Shown here: piece after piece, positions 38,646 to 52,560 of the stretch | Position numbering within the stretch: position 1 is the stretch's first letter | Layout of the letters: every line of letters starts with the position of its first letter | Source: Schmidtea polychroa | Taxonomy: Eukaryota | Assembly: GCA_044892525.1 (NCBI GenBank) | Contig: CM097885.1 | Span: 31,064,001 to 31,128,000 of the forward strand | Reading direction: 5' to 3' | Length of the DNA: 64,000 nucleotides | Notes under the pieces: generated by a model | What the model saw: the letters and a program-made list of their open reading frames with translations, nothing else | Databases searched by the model: none | Told to the model about the DNA's origin: nothing | Program-made: the position numbers and the translations under genes

Positions 38646-39329
38646 CTAAAAAAATATATATATCCAAAATTAATTAAAGTTAATTTTAAAATCTCGACGC
38701 CTAAATTTTAACTTTAATTTGAAAATTCAAAAGTTAATTTACATAATTTAGAAATATTTCAAGCCTCACTGGGTTCTTGATTTGTCTGATGAAATATGTT
38801 ATAAATAATGTTTGCAGTAAATCATTCAAATATCTCTAAATACAAAACATTCTTTCTTCTTTCTTTCTGAAAATTTTATTTTTCTAAAATAGAAATATAT
38901 CTTTTTATTTTTTTAAACGAAAAGTACAGAAAATGCAACAGAAATTCTGATTGTATTTCCAAACTTTCTGGAGTTTAAAGATGTTGCTTATTTAAAATTC
39001 AGTAATAATCTTCAAATAATATCAAAATGATTATTTATGGATTACGCATATTTCAGAACAAATACGGTCTAAATGCAGTAAAATTTAAGGTCTAACCTGA
39101 GCCCCTATTTATCTCGAAAAACAGTATAGTAGAAACGTAGTTTGATAGTGACTATTCGTAATATATTATAGAGTATTTTAAGGTAGATACTGCATTCTAT
39201 TATTATTTGTATTATATTCTTAATACGAGTATATTCTATATATTATATTACTGTATGTTTTTCGGCGGATGCCAAAAAAGTATCGTGCTCGAGCGCCAGT
39301 TATGCTTTCTACGCGACTGGGAGCTCCTA

Positions 39330-39780
39330 GAATAATAAACACTGACAGAATAGCTTTTGAAAGTTATATGATAAAAGAATTGTCCGAAATATAAACCAAG
39401 AATGAAATTTTCAAGTCCATATCACCATTCAGCAAATGGACAAATTGAATGACAGTTTCAAACAATACGTGATATACTTCCTATAACCATGAAAGATAAA
39501 ATGCATAAATATTGGGGAGAAATATTCCCTGAAGAAATATTCGAATTCATGCTCAATTAAACTATATATAAGATTACGGATAAAACACCGGTAGAACTAG
39601 CTTATGGAAAAAGAATTTTTCGGAGTGGATGAATGGGAAATCAGAACAAAGCTAAGAAGAAATAGAAACAAGTTTAAGGAAATTTCATGTAGACGATTTA
39701 GTATTAGTCAGAGAAGATATTTGGAATAAAGGCAATGATTGATATGAGGGAGAGACACAAAAGGAGTTTTGAAGTAAAAT
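39330..39780 (+). pseudogene. Ty3/gypsy integrase relic
   Basis: INTDR.AFES, SSPYHHSANGQIE*QFQTIRD and TPVELAYGK in broken frames. Confidence 0.7.
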
Positions 39781-40847
39781 TGAAAATGATAAATATTTTG
39801 TTTTATATAAAATAAAATATTGATCAAATTCAAAGGAAATTGAAAAAGATTATTCTTGAAAAAAAATTTTTACTGATGTTAAAAACTTTAATTAAATTAA
39901 TTTATTGAATTGAATTCAAAAACAAATTACTCTTTAATTATTAGTTTTATAATCTACAACACTGTCAGAATAAACTATTTATTCATTACTAATCTATGTG
40001 TAATAAAATACACCAATCCCTCGATTTACGCGGCAGATACGTTCCAAGAAACTAACGCGCAAATCGAGACTTCAAATTCATACAAAAATGATAGATAGGT
40101 TTCAGAAACTCGCGTAAAACGAAGCATAAAAAAATACAATTCTATTTAGAAATAGATTTAAAAAATCCACATTTAAATTTTAAATTGTAAAATTTATAAC
40201 ATGTTCATAGTTAAAAGGTATATTAAAAAGAATAATTGTAATTTAATTATTCCGCCTCCTCACTACTATATTCTAATTCAACCAATTTTTTCTTTTTGGT
40301 TGACTCGAAATCGCTACTATCATCGGATTTAAATCTAGTAGCGTGCTCTTCTTCTAGTCTTATTAAATATTCTGTAGCAAATTTTTGTGTTTAGTTTTTT
40401 TTAAAATCTTTGTAAATTTCACACTTGCCACCAAATATGTTTGATTTCATAAAAAAAATATTATTTTTTATGACCGTGTAAAAGTGAAACCGCGTAATTC
40501 GAGGTATTGGTGCATATAGAAATTAGTTGATTGACACCTATTAACATATTTTTGTAGGTAGATAGGGGCTCTCCACCGACAACCCACTACACTTGTCAGC
40601 AAGTAAACTTACGAATGTCAATGTGAAAAGTCAGTGTGAGCCACAGTGGTTATGTCAATATGAAACTCTGACTATAAAATATTTTGGTCTCAGGGTTTTT
40701 TTATCTAGATTTTGGCTATCGCTAAAAAACCCTAGAGTCAATGGGAACCCACAGAGTTTAAAGTAAATGTGAAGATCACACTATAGTAAGCGGGTATTCA
40801 GGCCTCAAGCTTTTTTCTATATGGGTTTGTGGGTCACTGGGTTAAGT

Positions 40848-40897
40848 TAGGGTAGCCAGACGTCCCGGTTCGGTATGGTAAAAATCTGGCAAACCTA
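40848..40897. mobile_element. 50-bp minimal hAT (Blackjack-like) MITE
   Basis: TAGGGTAGCCAGA...TCTGGCAAACCTA. Flanks GTTAAGT/GTTAAAT. Confidence 0.5.
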
Positions 40898-41446
40898 GTT
40901 AAATCAATGTAAAACTCTGGCTATATTGAGGCATATTTTGGTCTCAAAGATTTTAAACTATAAATTCGATCTCTTGCTTAAAAACACAGGTATTTTATAG
41001 TCTCGTTATAACACAATGGAGCAGTGGGTCATTTGATTTTAAGTGAATGTGAAATTCTGGGATATATTAGCCTCAGGTACTTTGTATTGAATATTATGAT
41101 CTTAGGCATTTTTGTACAGAAAATTGATGTCCCAGTATTTTAAATGGACAAAATTGCGACTCATTAATAATAATATTAATAATAATGAACCAACTAGGTA
41201 TCAACAACCAGGTACTAACAACTAAGCAACCAACTCTATATACTAGGTAACTAACCAACTCTATTCGCAATATTCTGAATAACCAACTAAAAATAATATA
41301 AAATTTATTTCTTCACTGTAATTTATCAAATGGTGTTTTAAATAAATTAATTTGTTAAATGTGAAAGAAATCAAATACATTTAAATAAAATATTATAGAT
41401 AATTAAAAGGTTTTGTCTGATTAAGTAAAATGTAGTCTAATTTTAA

Positions 41447-41515
41447 CACGTAGAACGCCGCAATGCTAAATAATGTATTGTGCATCGTATAACGATTCGC
41501 ACGGCGTTCAACATG
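41447..41515. mobile_element. 69-bp piggyBac-type MITE
   Basis: TTAA-CACGTAGAACGCCG...CGGCGTTCAACATG-TTAA, TIR 12/14. Confidence 0.65.
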
Positions 41516-42600
41516 TTAACAAAAATCGTATATTTCCAATGAATATATTATTAAATGGGAAAATAATTATATTGTCAATTATAGTTGTCAATTCAGTCAC
41601 TTTAAAATAATAGAACACCAACTTAAAGGAGTACTTTACTTTATTTTAATTTAATAATTACACATGATTTTATGCAAGTCCTGAAACCATATTTATCTAT
41701 AAAAATTATTGAGATTGAAATTACTTACAAAAATGCCTGAAGCTAAAATGATCTTATAAAAGCCTAAGAAAATATTGAGACCAAAATAGGCTTTACTATA
41801 ATATGATTTACAAATTTACTTAAAAAGTTATGACCCACTGACCAATTGTTTTTAAAGAGACTTTAGATTTGTAATGATTTTAAGCAAGAGATCAAAATCT
41901 AGTTCAAAAAGCCTGAGACTAAAATACCCGATAACTAAAGTCAAAGTTTCACATTTATATAACTCATGTGGCGTCACGCTGACTTGTCACATTGACATTC
42001 GTAAGTTGTCGTCAGGAAGAGGAGACGTTGTCGACGAAAAGACGCATTCTACCTACTTATTTCTTAAACATTTCTGGTTACCCTTAAGAATTTATTGATC
42101 AATTATCATCTAAAAATTATCCTTGTGGTGTTATGGATTCACAATTTGTTTCAAAACATCGAGAAATAATTTCAAAAGCGAAAAATAAAATATAAAAAAA
42201 AGCTGTAATTCATATGAAAATATGAAAAAAGTATATGAAAATTTTGTTAACTAAAATTTGAGTTTGCACTTAATCAATGAATAATATTAAAAAAAAATTA
42301 TTTTTTTGGTATATTGTAAAATTTCCCAAATTTTCTGAAATGAAATCACAATTCTGAAACGGACAGTCGAATACAAAACAAATCTGCCTGCGCCATTCTG
42401 GCACCAAAATACGACGAAAAGCAAATGTAAATATACCATATTTGAACGTTAAATTGACACTTTATTTACCACATTCATAAAGTGTTAATGTAAATAAATT
42501 ATAAATTTAAATGACAGAATATAATATGTAAAATACAACATTATCCATATAGGATAACATTTGGCATATTGTATCGTTTTTAAAATTTGTTAGCGATTAT

Positions 42601-42754
<154 letters not shown>

Positions 42755-42798
42755 TAACACGTTTGTGTATTAGTAGCTTACAAAATATTAATAATTAC

Positions 42799-42870
42799 CT
42801 GATTTCCTTCTGCAAAATTTTTTAAATACAATTCTTTTTCTTTTTTCGTTACATTTTTTGCACACAGGAG
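42799..42870 (-). CDS. netrin: Netrin exon, start of NTR/C345C domain (72 bp)
   Basis: tttttattag|..PVCKKCNEKRKRIVFKKFCRRKS G|gtaatt, phase 1-1. Matches the netrin C..C....K.YCKKD pattern. Not in the ORF track. Confidence 0.9.
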
Positions 42871-43430
42871 CTAATAAAAAGAAATAAATTTGGAATCTAC
42901 TAATTATCAAATAATAAATATAGAAAAATAAAGATGGTATAATATCCCACAAATTACAAGATTTATTTGTAAATTTAGAAATTTAATTTCTTAAAGTTAT
43001 AAAATTATCAATGAACACATTTTATGATGGTAGGGTACTTCTAATTTTCGTAAATTCTTCTTTAACAAGTCCAAAAATAGAACTATCCAAAATCAGATAT
43101 TAAAATTGTATATTTTTTCTATGAATGTTGGAATTTTTAATAAATTTTTCATGATAAATATTTACTAAATTTGAATAATCCAAATTTATATTATCTAATT
43201 ATATAATTATGTAAACTTTTTATTTACAGTGAGCAAGTTCTAGTCATATTTACTAATCGTTTAATGTACTGTCAATTTCATACATTTCTGTATAAATGTT
43301 GATCATAGCCATTCATTTTGTAACAAAATTCAAATGTAAATGACAATTTGCAATTTTAATAGAACTGTAAAATGCCATTAAAATGGTATGATTTGTTTTG
43401 TTTTAAAGTATATATATATAGATATAGATA

Positions 43431-43580
<150 letters not shown>

Positions 43581-44542
43581 GGTTATTATTATAATTATAA
43601 TTATTAATATATTAATTCTTATTAAAATTATCAGTTGCAAATAAATGAAGTAAAGTAAATATTATTCCACTACAAAGGTGAAAATAATAATTAGAGTAAT
43701 TAATTTTCAGGAATTTTTCTAAAATTACTTACAAAATTATAATGAAAATAGAATGTTTGAAATGATTAAAATTAAAGTTTAACATCAAATTTTGGAACAC
43801 CATCGTCAATTGTTAACATCTTAAGCACGGGAAGAAATAATCTATTATGTACATCACGGCGGACAGAAACTTGCATTTCATGCGGATATATACGTCTTAT
43901 CCATTATCTGAATATGCCATTTGTTATCCATAGTGCAGGAATTTACACAACCTCTCCTGTCATCATTTAGCGATAGGAACACAGCAGGCGAATATTCAAA
44001 TACAGTCCATTCACTCAAATTTCGAATTTGTGGACATTTCTGTGATAAGTGCAGAATAGTTACTATATTGAATATATCCGTCATACGCACTTTATAGGTT
44101 AAGTCATATAGTTTATAAGAGTCTGCTATTGGTAAAATTTTGGGCATTTTGCAAAACGGAAGAACCAACTTCAACCGTTACAAAATTATATATTTATCAA
44201 GTGGTATAATGCAAAGATTGCCAATTTTTCTAGTACGGCAATGTCATAGTAATGGTTCCATAGTTATAGAAATCACGACACTAAAATTAATTGGGTGGGT
44301 CTTTCTCCACTTATTGACTGTGGTTATTATCCTTTTAATTTCCATATTTCTGCTAGTTCGTAAACATCAGTTGACAAATTTTACTTAGCCAAACAAAATA
44401 TTTTAACTAAGGCAGATACCCTGTAAAAAATGTTGTAGAAAGTGAATAAAAAGCATTACTTAATGAATTTCTAATTGATTTAACTAATTCCAATTAAAAT
44501 TATTTAAATATTCAAAATAATTTTTCTTGTAATTTTCAAATA

Positions 44543-45320
44543 CAGTCAATTCCGCTTTATTGGGCCACACCTTTAAAGGGGCAACCGTAGATTAGAAACA
44601 AAAACTAGGAACCTTACAGTAATTTACATCGCTTAATTGGCACAATATTCCGCTAAATATGGACAATTTCAACAATAGATAACAATTTACAACGTTACGA
44701 TGAAAATGAAGATTGAGAAAATGAAATTGTTGAAATCATAAAATCTAAACATCAAAAATTAGAAGATGATCTACCCGTGACTGTTACTAGCCGGGAGGCA
44801 AGAGAATTTATATCCGGGTTAAAGTGTTACTTTATGCAAGAAAACAATGAAGGAAGCCCGATATCTGAACTGAATGTCTGTGCTGATTTTGTACAACTGA
44901 AGGCTTACAAAAATAAAAAACAGAGTACTCTTGATTCATTCCTAAAAAAGTAAATGATATGCATAGCTATATTGTACCTATAGTCTACTTATTAATTATA
45001 CTATGTGTTACAGTACGTATTTGTATTTTTGAATTTATTATGTAAGTGCTGTATTATTTTTTATTCAAAGCTTTTATTATGCATATTTTCTTCTATACAC
45101 TGTTTAGTTTATATTTTGTCTCTTATAGTTTACTGTAGAGCACAGTACGTATTTTTTTCAAGAATTTATTAAAATACACTGTACAGTACAGTATAGAAAT
45201 TGTTTTAAAAAGGAAGAAATTCATTGTTTAACTTGACCTGGAATTCGGTTTATTGGGGCAGCCGCTTAATTGGCCCAAATAGCATAGTCTTAATATGTCC
45301 CAATTAAACGGAATCGACTG
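44543..45320 (+). mobile_element. Non-autonomous pogo/Tigger element, 778 bp
   Basis: TIR CAGTCAATTCCGCTTTATTGGG vs CAGTCGATTCCGTTTAATTGGG, TA at left. Retains the transposase C-terminus ...KKQSTLDSFLKK*. Confidence 0.8.
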
Positions 45321-45585
45321 AAGTGCTTACATTTCTTACAATGCAAAAAATAGTTTATTTAATACATAATTTTTTTTAAAAATTAAAAAATATATAATAA
45401 AAATAATAAATATTTAAAAATGAGAATAATGCCAATATAATTGAACTTCACAGTGCTACAATCTTTTGATGTACCTATCGATTAGATTTCAACATTTAAT
45501 CAAATTCCTAAATTTCCCCATAAAAATCCGAGTGGTTTTCAATCAAAAATTTTATTACACAAAAAAAAAATTACTAATAACTTAC

Positions 45586-45615
45586 AAGTACTTGCCATAT
45601 CAGCCATGCCTGAAC
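45586..45615 (-). CDS. netrin: Probable netrin linker microexon (30 nt, SSGMADMAST)
   Basis: tttttttcctag|GTTCAGGCATGGCTGATATGGCAAGTACTT|gtaagt. Strong splice sites, phase 1-1, keeps frame between the LE3 and NTR exons. Confidence 0.7.
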
Positions 45616-47131
45616 CTAGGAAAAAAATTAAATCAAATCGTTCAAATAATTTTTTTTCACATTTGCAATTCATATCAATAAGATAAATAATAAAAAAAAA
45701 TAATCCAAAATTTGTTATCTATATTTATCAAATTTTATCCCCATTTTAAAATTTAGTCAAAATTAATTAGAATTCCTGATTATGCAGCCCCTATTATAAT
45801 ATAAACAAACTGCAAAAATTATAAGTAAAACTGGTAAGAATATTACTTTTATTAAATCGAGTTTTTTTAATTTCTGATTCATTTCTAAAATAGTTCTATT
45901 TTGTTCAGAAATTAAATTGAATTTTAATTTATTATACTTAATAAAATTTTAAAATTTTGGATTTTTTAAATAAGAAAATTTCGAAAAGTGTATTGAAAAA
46001 TTAAAATTATTAATAAATAAAATTAAAAAAATTATATTAAAAAATAAAATTAATTATATAAATAAAGTAATTTGATCTAGAAATCAACGTTATCAAAAAT
46101 GTTTCCAATCCAAAATATTTCGCCATTGTTACCTAGGATAAATAATATGAGATTTATTTCCACACTGATTGATAGATCAACTTCAAGGGGTCAAGCAAAA
46201 GATTTGATTAGAAAATACGGCGTATCTAAGATTATTATCAGTGACCATGAAGAGTCAACACCAAAAGAGAATAAAATATGAAATAGAGAGAATGAATTTT
46301 TAATTATACAGTAACTTTTTTCATTAAATAATTAATTAAAATTCTTAATAAAATTGTAATTTATCAATATTTTCAAGCATCATTAACGAACAAATAATAA
46401 ACTTAACAACATATTATTTCCAATCAGATTGTTTTTATCAAACACTGAACAAAAAAGTTCAGAGCAGTGCAAAAATGAAACGAAGTCGTAATTCTTGACT
46501 TGATTGATCTGATTGATCTGAACTTTTTGAAGATGTCAATATTTTTTGCAATAAATATCTTAATTTTTTTTTTACTTTTCTTACTTCGACTTTTACGCGG
46601 GTTTCCAATTTAGGACAAAAAATGACTTAAAAATGTCATTTAGACTTATACACGAGTATCTACAGTAAGTCATAGATATTTAGAATTACAGTAAAAAGGT
46701 TTCAGACTGGATAGACATTGAATAATTGAGAGTTGATAGAATTACGGTAGAACGAGTGTGATTGAATAGTGAACTTTGTAGTAAATCGAATTATGAAACA
46801 AAGCTTGACAAAAACGTTTTACTAACTAATATTACAAAATGAAACTGACTACATTTAGAAAAGACATTAAAAATAGAATCACCACAGAAAAAGACTATTG
46901 AAAAGATAGATCAAGTCATGAAAGAAATGAAGGCTGTGATTCCGGTTGTTGTAATTGAAAGTAATGTAACGAGTCCAAGAAATATTAATTAATGTTTTGA
47001 TTAATATTTATTTTCAATAATCTACTTTATATAAATACAACCGATTATTCGAAAATTGCCTCTATTTATAATAATTATAATAATATAATAAATATAATAA
47101 TTTAATAATAAATATTATAATAATATTAATG

Positions 47132-47132
<1 letters not shown>

Positions 47133-47226
<94 letters not shown>
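47133..47226. repeat. (TAA)n microsatellite
   Basis: Directly visible. Confidence 0.97.
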
Positions 47227-47227
<1 letters not shown>

Positions 47228-47386
47228 TACCATCAATTATAATACATTACAATAATCAAAGTTTCCAAAAAGAAATAATAAAAATTGATTAATATTTTGA
47301 CCAATGAAATCTTTTATAATAAATTTAATTAAAAAAAAGTCTTTATTTATCATTAAATCTTTTCATTTATTAAAAAGTGAAGAAAT

Positions 47387-48193
47387 ATGTGTTCAGAAAG
47401 TGATTACAAATTTGTAAGGATCTTACAATCAACTGCCAAAGGAAATGTAGCTATTAACGAAATTCAAGATCCAATTAAACAAATAACTAAAACTGTCGTT
47501 ATTAAAACGTTTTTCAAAAATAAGAAACGTTTATTCATTAAAAATGATAATTATCCATTTCCCATTCCTAAAGAAATGCATTTTATCAATTTAATCAATA
47601 ACAATAAAATTTGTCCAAAAATTCTCAATTATTTTCAAAACGACACCGAATTTTCAATAGTTATGGAACATTTGACTGGCAACTGGATTGAATTATATTC
47701 TTATGTTCGAAATGCCAAATTAGAAAAAAGTATAAAAAGAATATTGAAAAACGTTCTAATAGTATTACAGGAACTTGTAAGAAAAGGAATTTACCATCGT
47801 GATATAAAACCGCGAAATATATTTTTAAACAAAATTACTTATCAAATAAAAGTAATTGATTTCGAGGACTCTTTGTATGATAATATCAACCCGCATCCAA
47901 TGTGTAAAAGAAAACTTGGTACGATTGGATACTGCGGTCCAGAAACTTTCAAAGCCGTTAATTATGATGTCAAAAAGAATCTGGTTTTCATGTTTGGAAG
48001 TTTAGTTTACAGTTGTTTAGAATCTAAAAAGCCATTTTCAACTATTAAATACATTGATTATGAAAACTTTAAACCACTTATGTTTAAAAGATGTTCAGAT
48101 AGTGCAAAAGAATTAATCAAAAAATGTCTCGTTTATTCTCCGAAAGAAAGAATTGAATTTGAAAAGTTAGATAAAGAAATTTGGTTAAATTAG
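47387..48193 (+). CDS. Intronless atypical Ser/Thr kinase, PIM-like, 268 aa, antisense within a netrin intron
   Basis: VVIK, IPKE (alphaC), IVMEH, YHRDIKPRN, DFE in place of DFG, GTIGYCGPE, C-terminal PKERI. Kinase domain only. Subfamily call by pattern. Confidence 0.8.
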   Translation: MCSESDYKFVRILQSTAKGNVAINEIQDPIKQITKTVVIKTFFKNKKRLFIKNDNYPFPIPKEMHFINLINNNKICPKILNYFQNDTEFSIVMEHLTGNWIELYSYVRNAKLEKSIKRILKNVLIVLQELVRKGIYHRDIKPRNIFLNKITYQIKVIDFEDSLYDNINPHPMCKRKLGTIGYCGPETFKAVNYDVKKNLVFMFGSLVYSCLESKKPFSTIKYIDYENFKPLMFKRCSDSAKELIKKCLVYSPKERIEFEKLDKEIWLN

Positions 48194-48689
48194 GTTTTTA
48201 TATTTTTTTTAAAATTTTAATATACATGAAGAAAATTGTTTTAAAAAATTATATAATTTAAATACTAAAAATCACTTACTATTAAATCACTTGTTTAAAT
48301 AATTTAATAAATTGTCTTTAAATAAATTAATAAGTTTTGTTTAAATAATTTAATAAATTTTGTTTAGATAATTTTGTTTAATAAATTTTTTTTTAAGTTT
48401 AGGCAGATTGTTGGCAAAAATAACTGATTTATTTTCGTTGCGATGATGCCAATAAAAAACCACTTTAAAAAAATTTCCCAAGGTCCCAGAAAATCTTTTA
48501 AATTAAAATAAAAATTACATAAAAATTACTTTTTGATATTTTGAACAAATTTGCACAAAAAACACTTTTAGAGCTCAAAACATTTTTTGTATTTGTTCGT
48601 ATAATTTCACATCTACCTAATAAAACCATTCGAACCTTCAGTCATTTCCTCTTTGACAAATATATTAGGTGCATTTAATCAATTTTACC

Positions 48690-49790
48690 ACAATCACACG
48701 CTCCATTTAGCTGTCATGGATTATTTTTATATAACAAAAAATGTTATTCCCAATTAAGAGTTCGAAGATACCGAAGAGTTTGCTGATGTCTTCATGGAAG
48801 AAGAAGATTCCATAGAAGATCAGTGCTCTGATTACAAGTTGGAGTTTATTAACGAAAATGAATATGTAATGACATTGGATATTAATTTTGATCAAATTAT
48901 TAACAAGTTAAGAGGTTTTATAAGAATGGTTAAAAATCGGATACAAAGCATTTTATTTTGCAACAAAATATAGCTCAAAAATGGGAAAACTCTCAAGTTA
49001 AAATTAGACATAAAAACTCGATGGAGTTCTTAAAGTGTAATGAGTCGACGTTTTGTAATTCTATCAGAATTTATTAACAAATCCTTAATCGAATTGAATT
49101 TTGATCCAATTGCTGAAAATGATATTTGTGCGCTAGAAAACCTTGTTGACATTTTCGCACCAGTTGAAACTGCTGTTACTGAATTGAGTAAGAATGAGGC
49201 AAATCTCATAACAGCTGAAGGAGTTTACAAATTTTTGTTTGAGCATATTAATAGTGATTAATCTGATGCAGATGATTTAATAGAATTAACACCACAAGTT
49301 GAACTGCAAAAAGAACTCCAAAATGCTATAAGTTCTATTACAGCTCCAGAAAACTGTCATATTCGTAATACCAGCCAAATTGATAAATATAATGAACTAA
49401 AGAAAGAATTTCATCAGTATGATTCTTTCAAAAAACGGTCGACAACGCTGGGCGTTTTGTATAATGCTCTACTTAAACTGCTTCTGAAAGAGTATTCTCA
49501 ACAGCAGGCTCAATCAAAACAATAAAACGAACCAGTTGAAATCATGAAACATTTAATTCAATTTTATTTTTAAAATATATGTTTTTAGAAAAAAAATATA
49601 TTTAAAATAATAAAATCGTTCAAAATTAAACGCTTTTCTTTATTAAAATAAAACTAATTATTATTTTTGTTAATATGTCCTTTTACTTTTGATAAATTAT
49701 TTGAGTATTCGATTACTCGAATATTTTCAGATTTTTCTGTTTGATATTCGAATAGTTGAAAAGCTTGAATATTTGGATGGTCTGCCCACG
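48690..49790 (+). mobile_element. Decayed hAT (Ac/ZBED-like) element, 3' part
   Basis: HTLHLAVMD, LDIKTRWSS and ASERVFSTAG motifs in broken frames. Subterminal ATTCGA/TCGAATA repeats at 49705-49770. Confidence 0.75.
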
Positions 49791-51729
49791 AGTCTTGCCC
49801 TTAGGCTTCAGCCTTGTCAGCCTAAGGGTAAATCCAGGCCTGATTACATCACATCCATCTATTTTAATAATTGCTTTAGCCATTATAAATTTCATTGCAT
49901 CGATTCATCATCTAGATTTTTTAACAAGTAGCCTTTTTTGTGAACTTTTCCATTTTTTCGAAAGGATCACAATATCTATTGTTTACTTCTGACATTTACT
50001 AATTCACTGACACTTTAAGATCTGTGAATTCGATCTTTTGATAATATTTATTAATTAATAATTAATTTTGATAATCTTTATTATTAACTGATTTCATTTT
50101 ATTTAATATTTATTTCTTAATTCTTTATTGTTATTTTCTGATCGAATAGTAAAACGCTCTTTGCAAAATTTTCTTATATAAACTGTTTCAGCTGGACTAC
50201 ATTTATTACTTTAAAACGGATCACAAAAATTAATAAATATGTTTTCTAATGGTTCGCTAGCAATAAACCCTTGTTTTACAGTGAATGTTTTACATTTCTG
50301 GCAAATCTCACAAGTTGTTACGATATTCTTTATTTTGACTTTGTTTCTGCTTTCTTATAATCAGAGGCTTTCTGAGACTATGTTAAGTTATTTTATTAGG
50401 CAATTATTAAAAAAACTGAAACCTATTTGAGTCAGTTCTTTTAAAATTTATGTTTAATGTTATTTATTTTTGTAAACTTCAAATTTTAAAAAATACATTT
50501 GTTTAAATAATGGGTTTACTTATTTTATTTTTCTATTCGTTTATAAATTTTTATAATGATAATTTTTAATAAACTATAACAATTTTTCATATCATAATTT
50601 TTTTTAAATAAAAATATAATTTATTTTTTTAGATAAAATATAATAATTTTTTTCATATTTTAAAATGCATCTTATTTTAAATAAATATTTTTATATGAAT
50701 AATCTTAAATTTAAATGGTAAATAATTGAGAGGCAGTCATTCTATTTAACTTACAATAAAATGCTCCAAGGCAAATGGAATTATCAAATAAAATGTTAGC
50801 CATGTTTACCATTATAAGCACATTTCCGATTCAGTGACCCATTCGAAGAGGGCGACGGGAAATCTCCCAGGAATTGTTTATCAATGAATTATTTAATTTT
50901 TCAACCATGCGTTGTTAATTAAATTAAAAAATTACAGATGAGATTCAATTAAATTTTAATGAAAATCGCTTCTAGATATTTGATTGAGCTGATTCTGGAC
51001 TCGATTTGACGAGTTTCAAGGAGATGTCGCATCGTGATATTAATTAATCAAGGTGGGCATTAAACTTTTATATCATGATAATAAAAATGAAAATTGTTCA
51101 AACATTTCACTCGACTAAACAACTAATTTTAACTTTGTTTCCAATCTCAAAATTCATTTTTTCAAATATTTTGATATTTTAAAATGTTTTTGATAAATAT
51201 TTTTATTTATTCTACTGTTAACTCCAGCGAAATAATGGGGGTAGCAAAGCAAGCTTTGAGCTAAGAGAAGCCTCTCAGAGTCTCATTTCCATATTAAATT
51301 ATCAAATAGAAAAAGCTAAAATGTAACAATCAAATATATTTTATTATATTATATAAAATGTAATGTTTTCTTGGTTTAAAAAAATTTTAAAAAATTACTT
51401 AATTTTTTATCTTTTTTCATAATGAAAATAAATGAAATATCAAAAATAAAAACAGATCAAAGGTGACCAAAAAAATAAAATATTTTACTGATCAATAAAC
51501 TTTTTTAAAATAAACTTTTTATACAAATATATTTTTTATATTTATTAAACTCGCTCGAATAATTTCATAACGTATTTCAATCGTTCAAAATGTTCAACTG
51601 ACAAGAGAGCCTCAAAATAAATATTGATTGTGGGCCGAAAAATTGTAGTTACAATATCATACAATGTCGATATTATACGATATTATTTGTGAAATACCAG
51701 TTCTTAATAGTTAACTTATAAAATATTTA

Positions 51730-52560
51730 TTTTTGGTCGATGCATTACTTTCCGATTTTTTATTAAATTTCAACACATTTTGTCATCTTCCAGGCAGTAT
51801 ACAGATTCCATCTCTTCATCTTGCGATTCAAAGAATTTAATTATGGAATTTTGTTGGAGAGTTCTCAAGATTCGGTAATCTGATGAAGCCAAGTTCGATG
51901 AACATTCCGAATTTCACACCCAAGCTCTAATATCGTGTTTTTTCGTTCCAGATGCTCCATGTAACTTTGCGTTATCGGCCTGAATAAAGTCTTAACTCCT
52001 TCATTATGTCATTCAGATTTAATATCTGATTACAATGCTTTATTGCAGTAACAGTTTCACTTGGCTGCATTAACTCAAAATGCAAAATTCTTTTCATAAC
52101 TCACCTCGCACATAAAATACCTTTTCCCATGGATATTACACTTTGGAGAGAATGTCAACCATATGCCTGGATCTGTCCATGACCTCTTTCTATCGGGGTT
52201 ATCATAATGCACAAATATTTCATCCCCAATCATTATTCGTGTCAAAAAATGTTTTTTTATACTTGCACAATAAAATTGATATACTCTCGTCCTTGTTTCT
52301 TTGGTAAATCTGATGCGGAATTCATCTATATGACTTTGAGAACTTTCCCATAAATCGAAGTCTTTGTTGCACTGTTCATTGATTAACACTAAACCTCTTG
52401 GAAACGGGCACTTATTGACTGGGTATCATCTTCATCCGGTAGTGCCTGAAGCTGTTCCTCTTGGATTTCTTGTGGCCGACCTGATCTTGCTTTTTCTCTA
52501 AAATAATCACTCCTCTTAAACTTCAAATGTGTGTTATCTATCTTCCATTTTTATTTGATA
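51730..52560 (-). mobile_element. Decayed mariner (SETMAR-like) element
   Basis: RSGRP, FLTRIMIGDEIFVHYDNPDRKRSW and SSNLASSDY (YSPDLAPSDY-like). Confidence 0.75.

Larger units (their letters stand above)
40554..42056. repeat. Diverged long inverted repeat pair (~40554-41120 and ~41725-42056) built of internal sub-repeats
   Basis: GTAGGTAGA start and TCTACCTAC end. Shared AACTTACGAATGTCAATGTGA block and TGAAACTCTGACT..ATTTTGGTCTCAGG sub-repeats in opposite orientation. Confidence 0.7.

Noticed and set aside
43800..44400. GHFAK zinc-knuckle-like remnant and 98-aa ORF
   Set aside because: A single partial motif; probably an old retroelement but not supportable.
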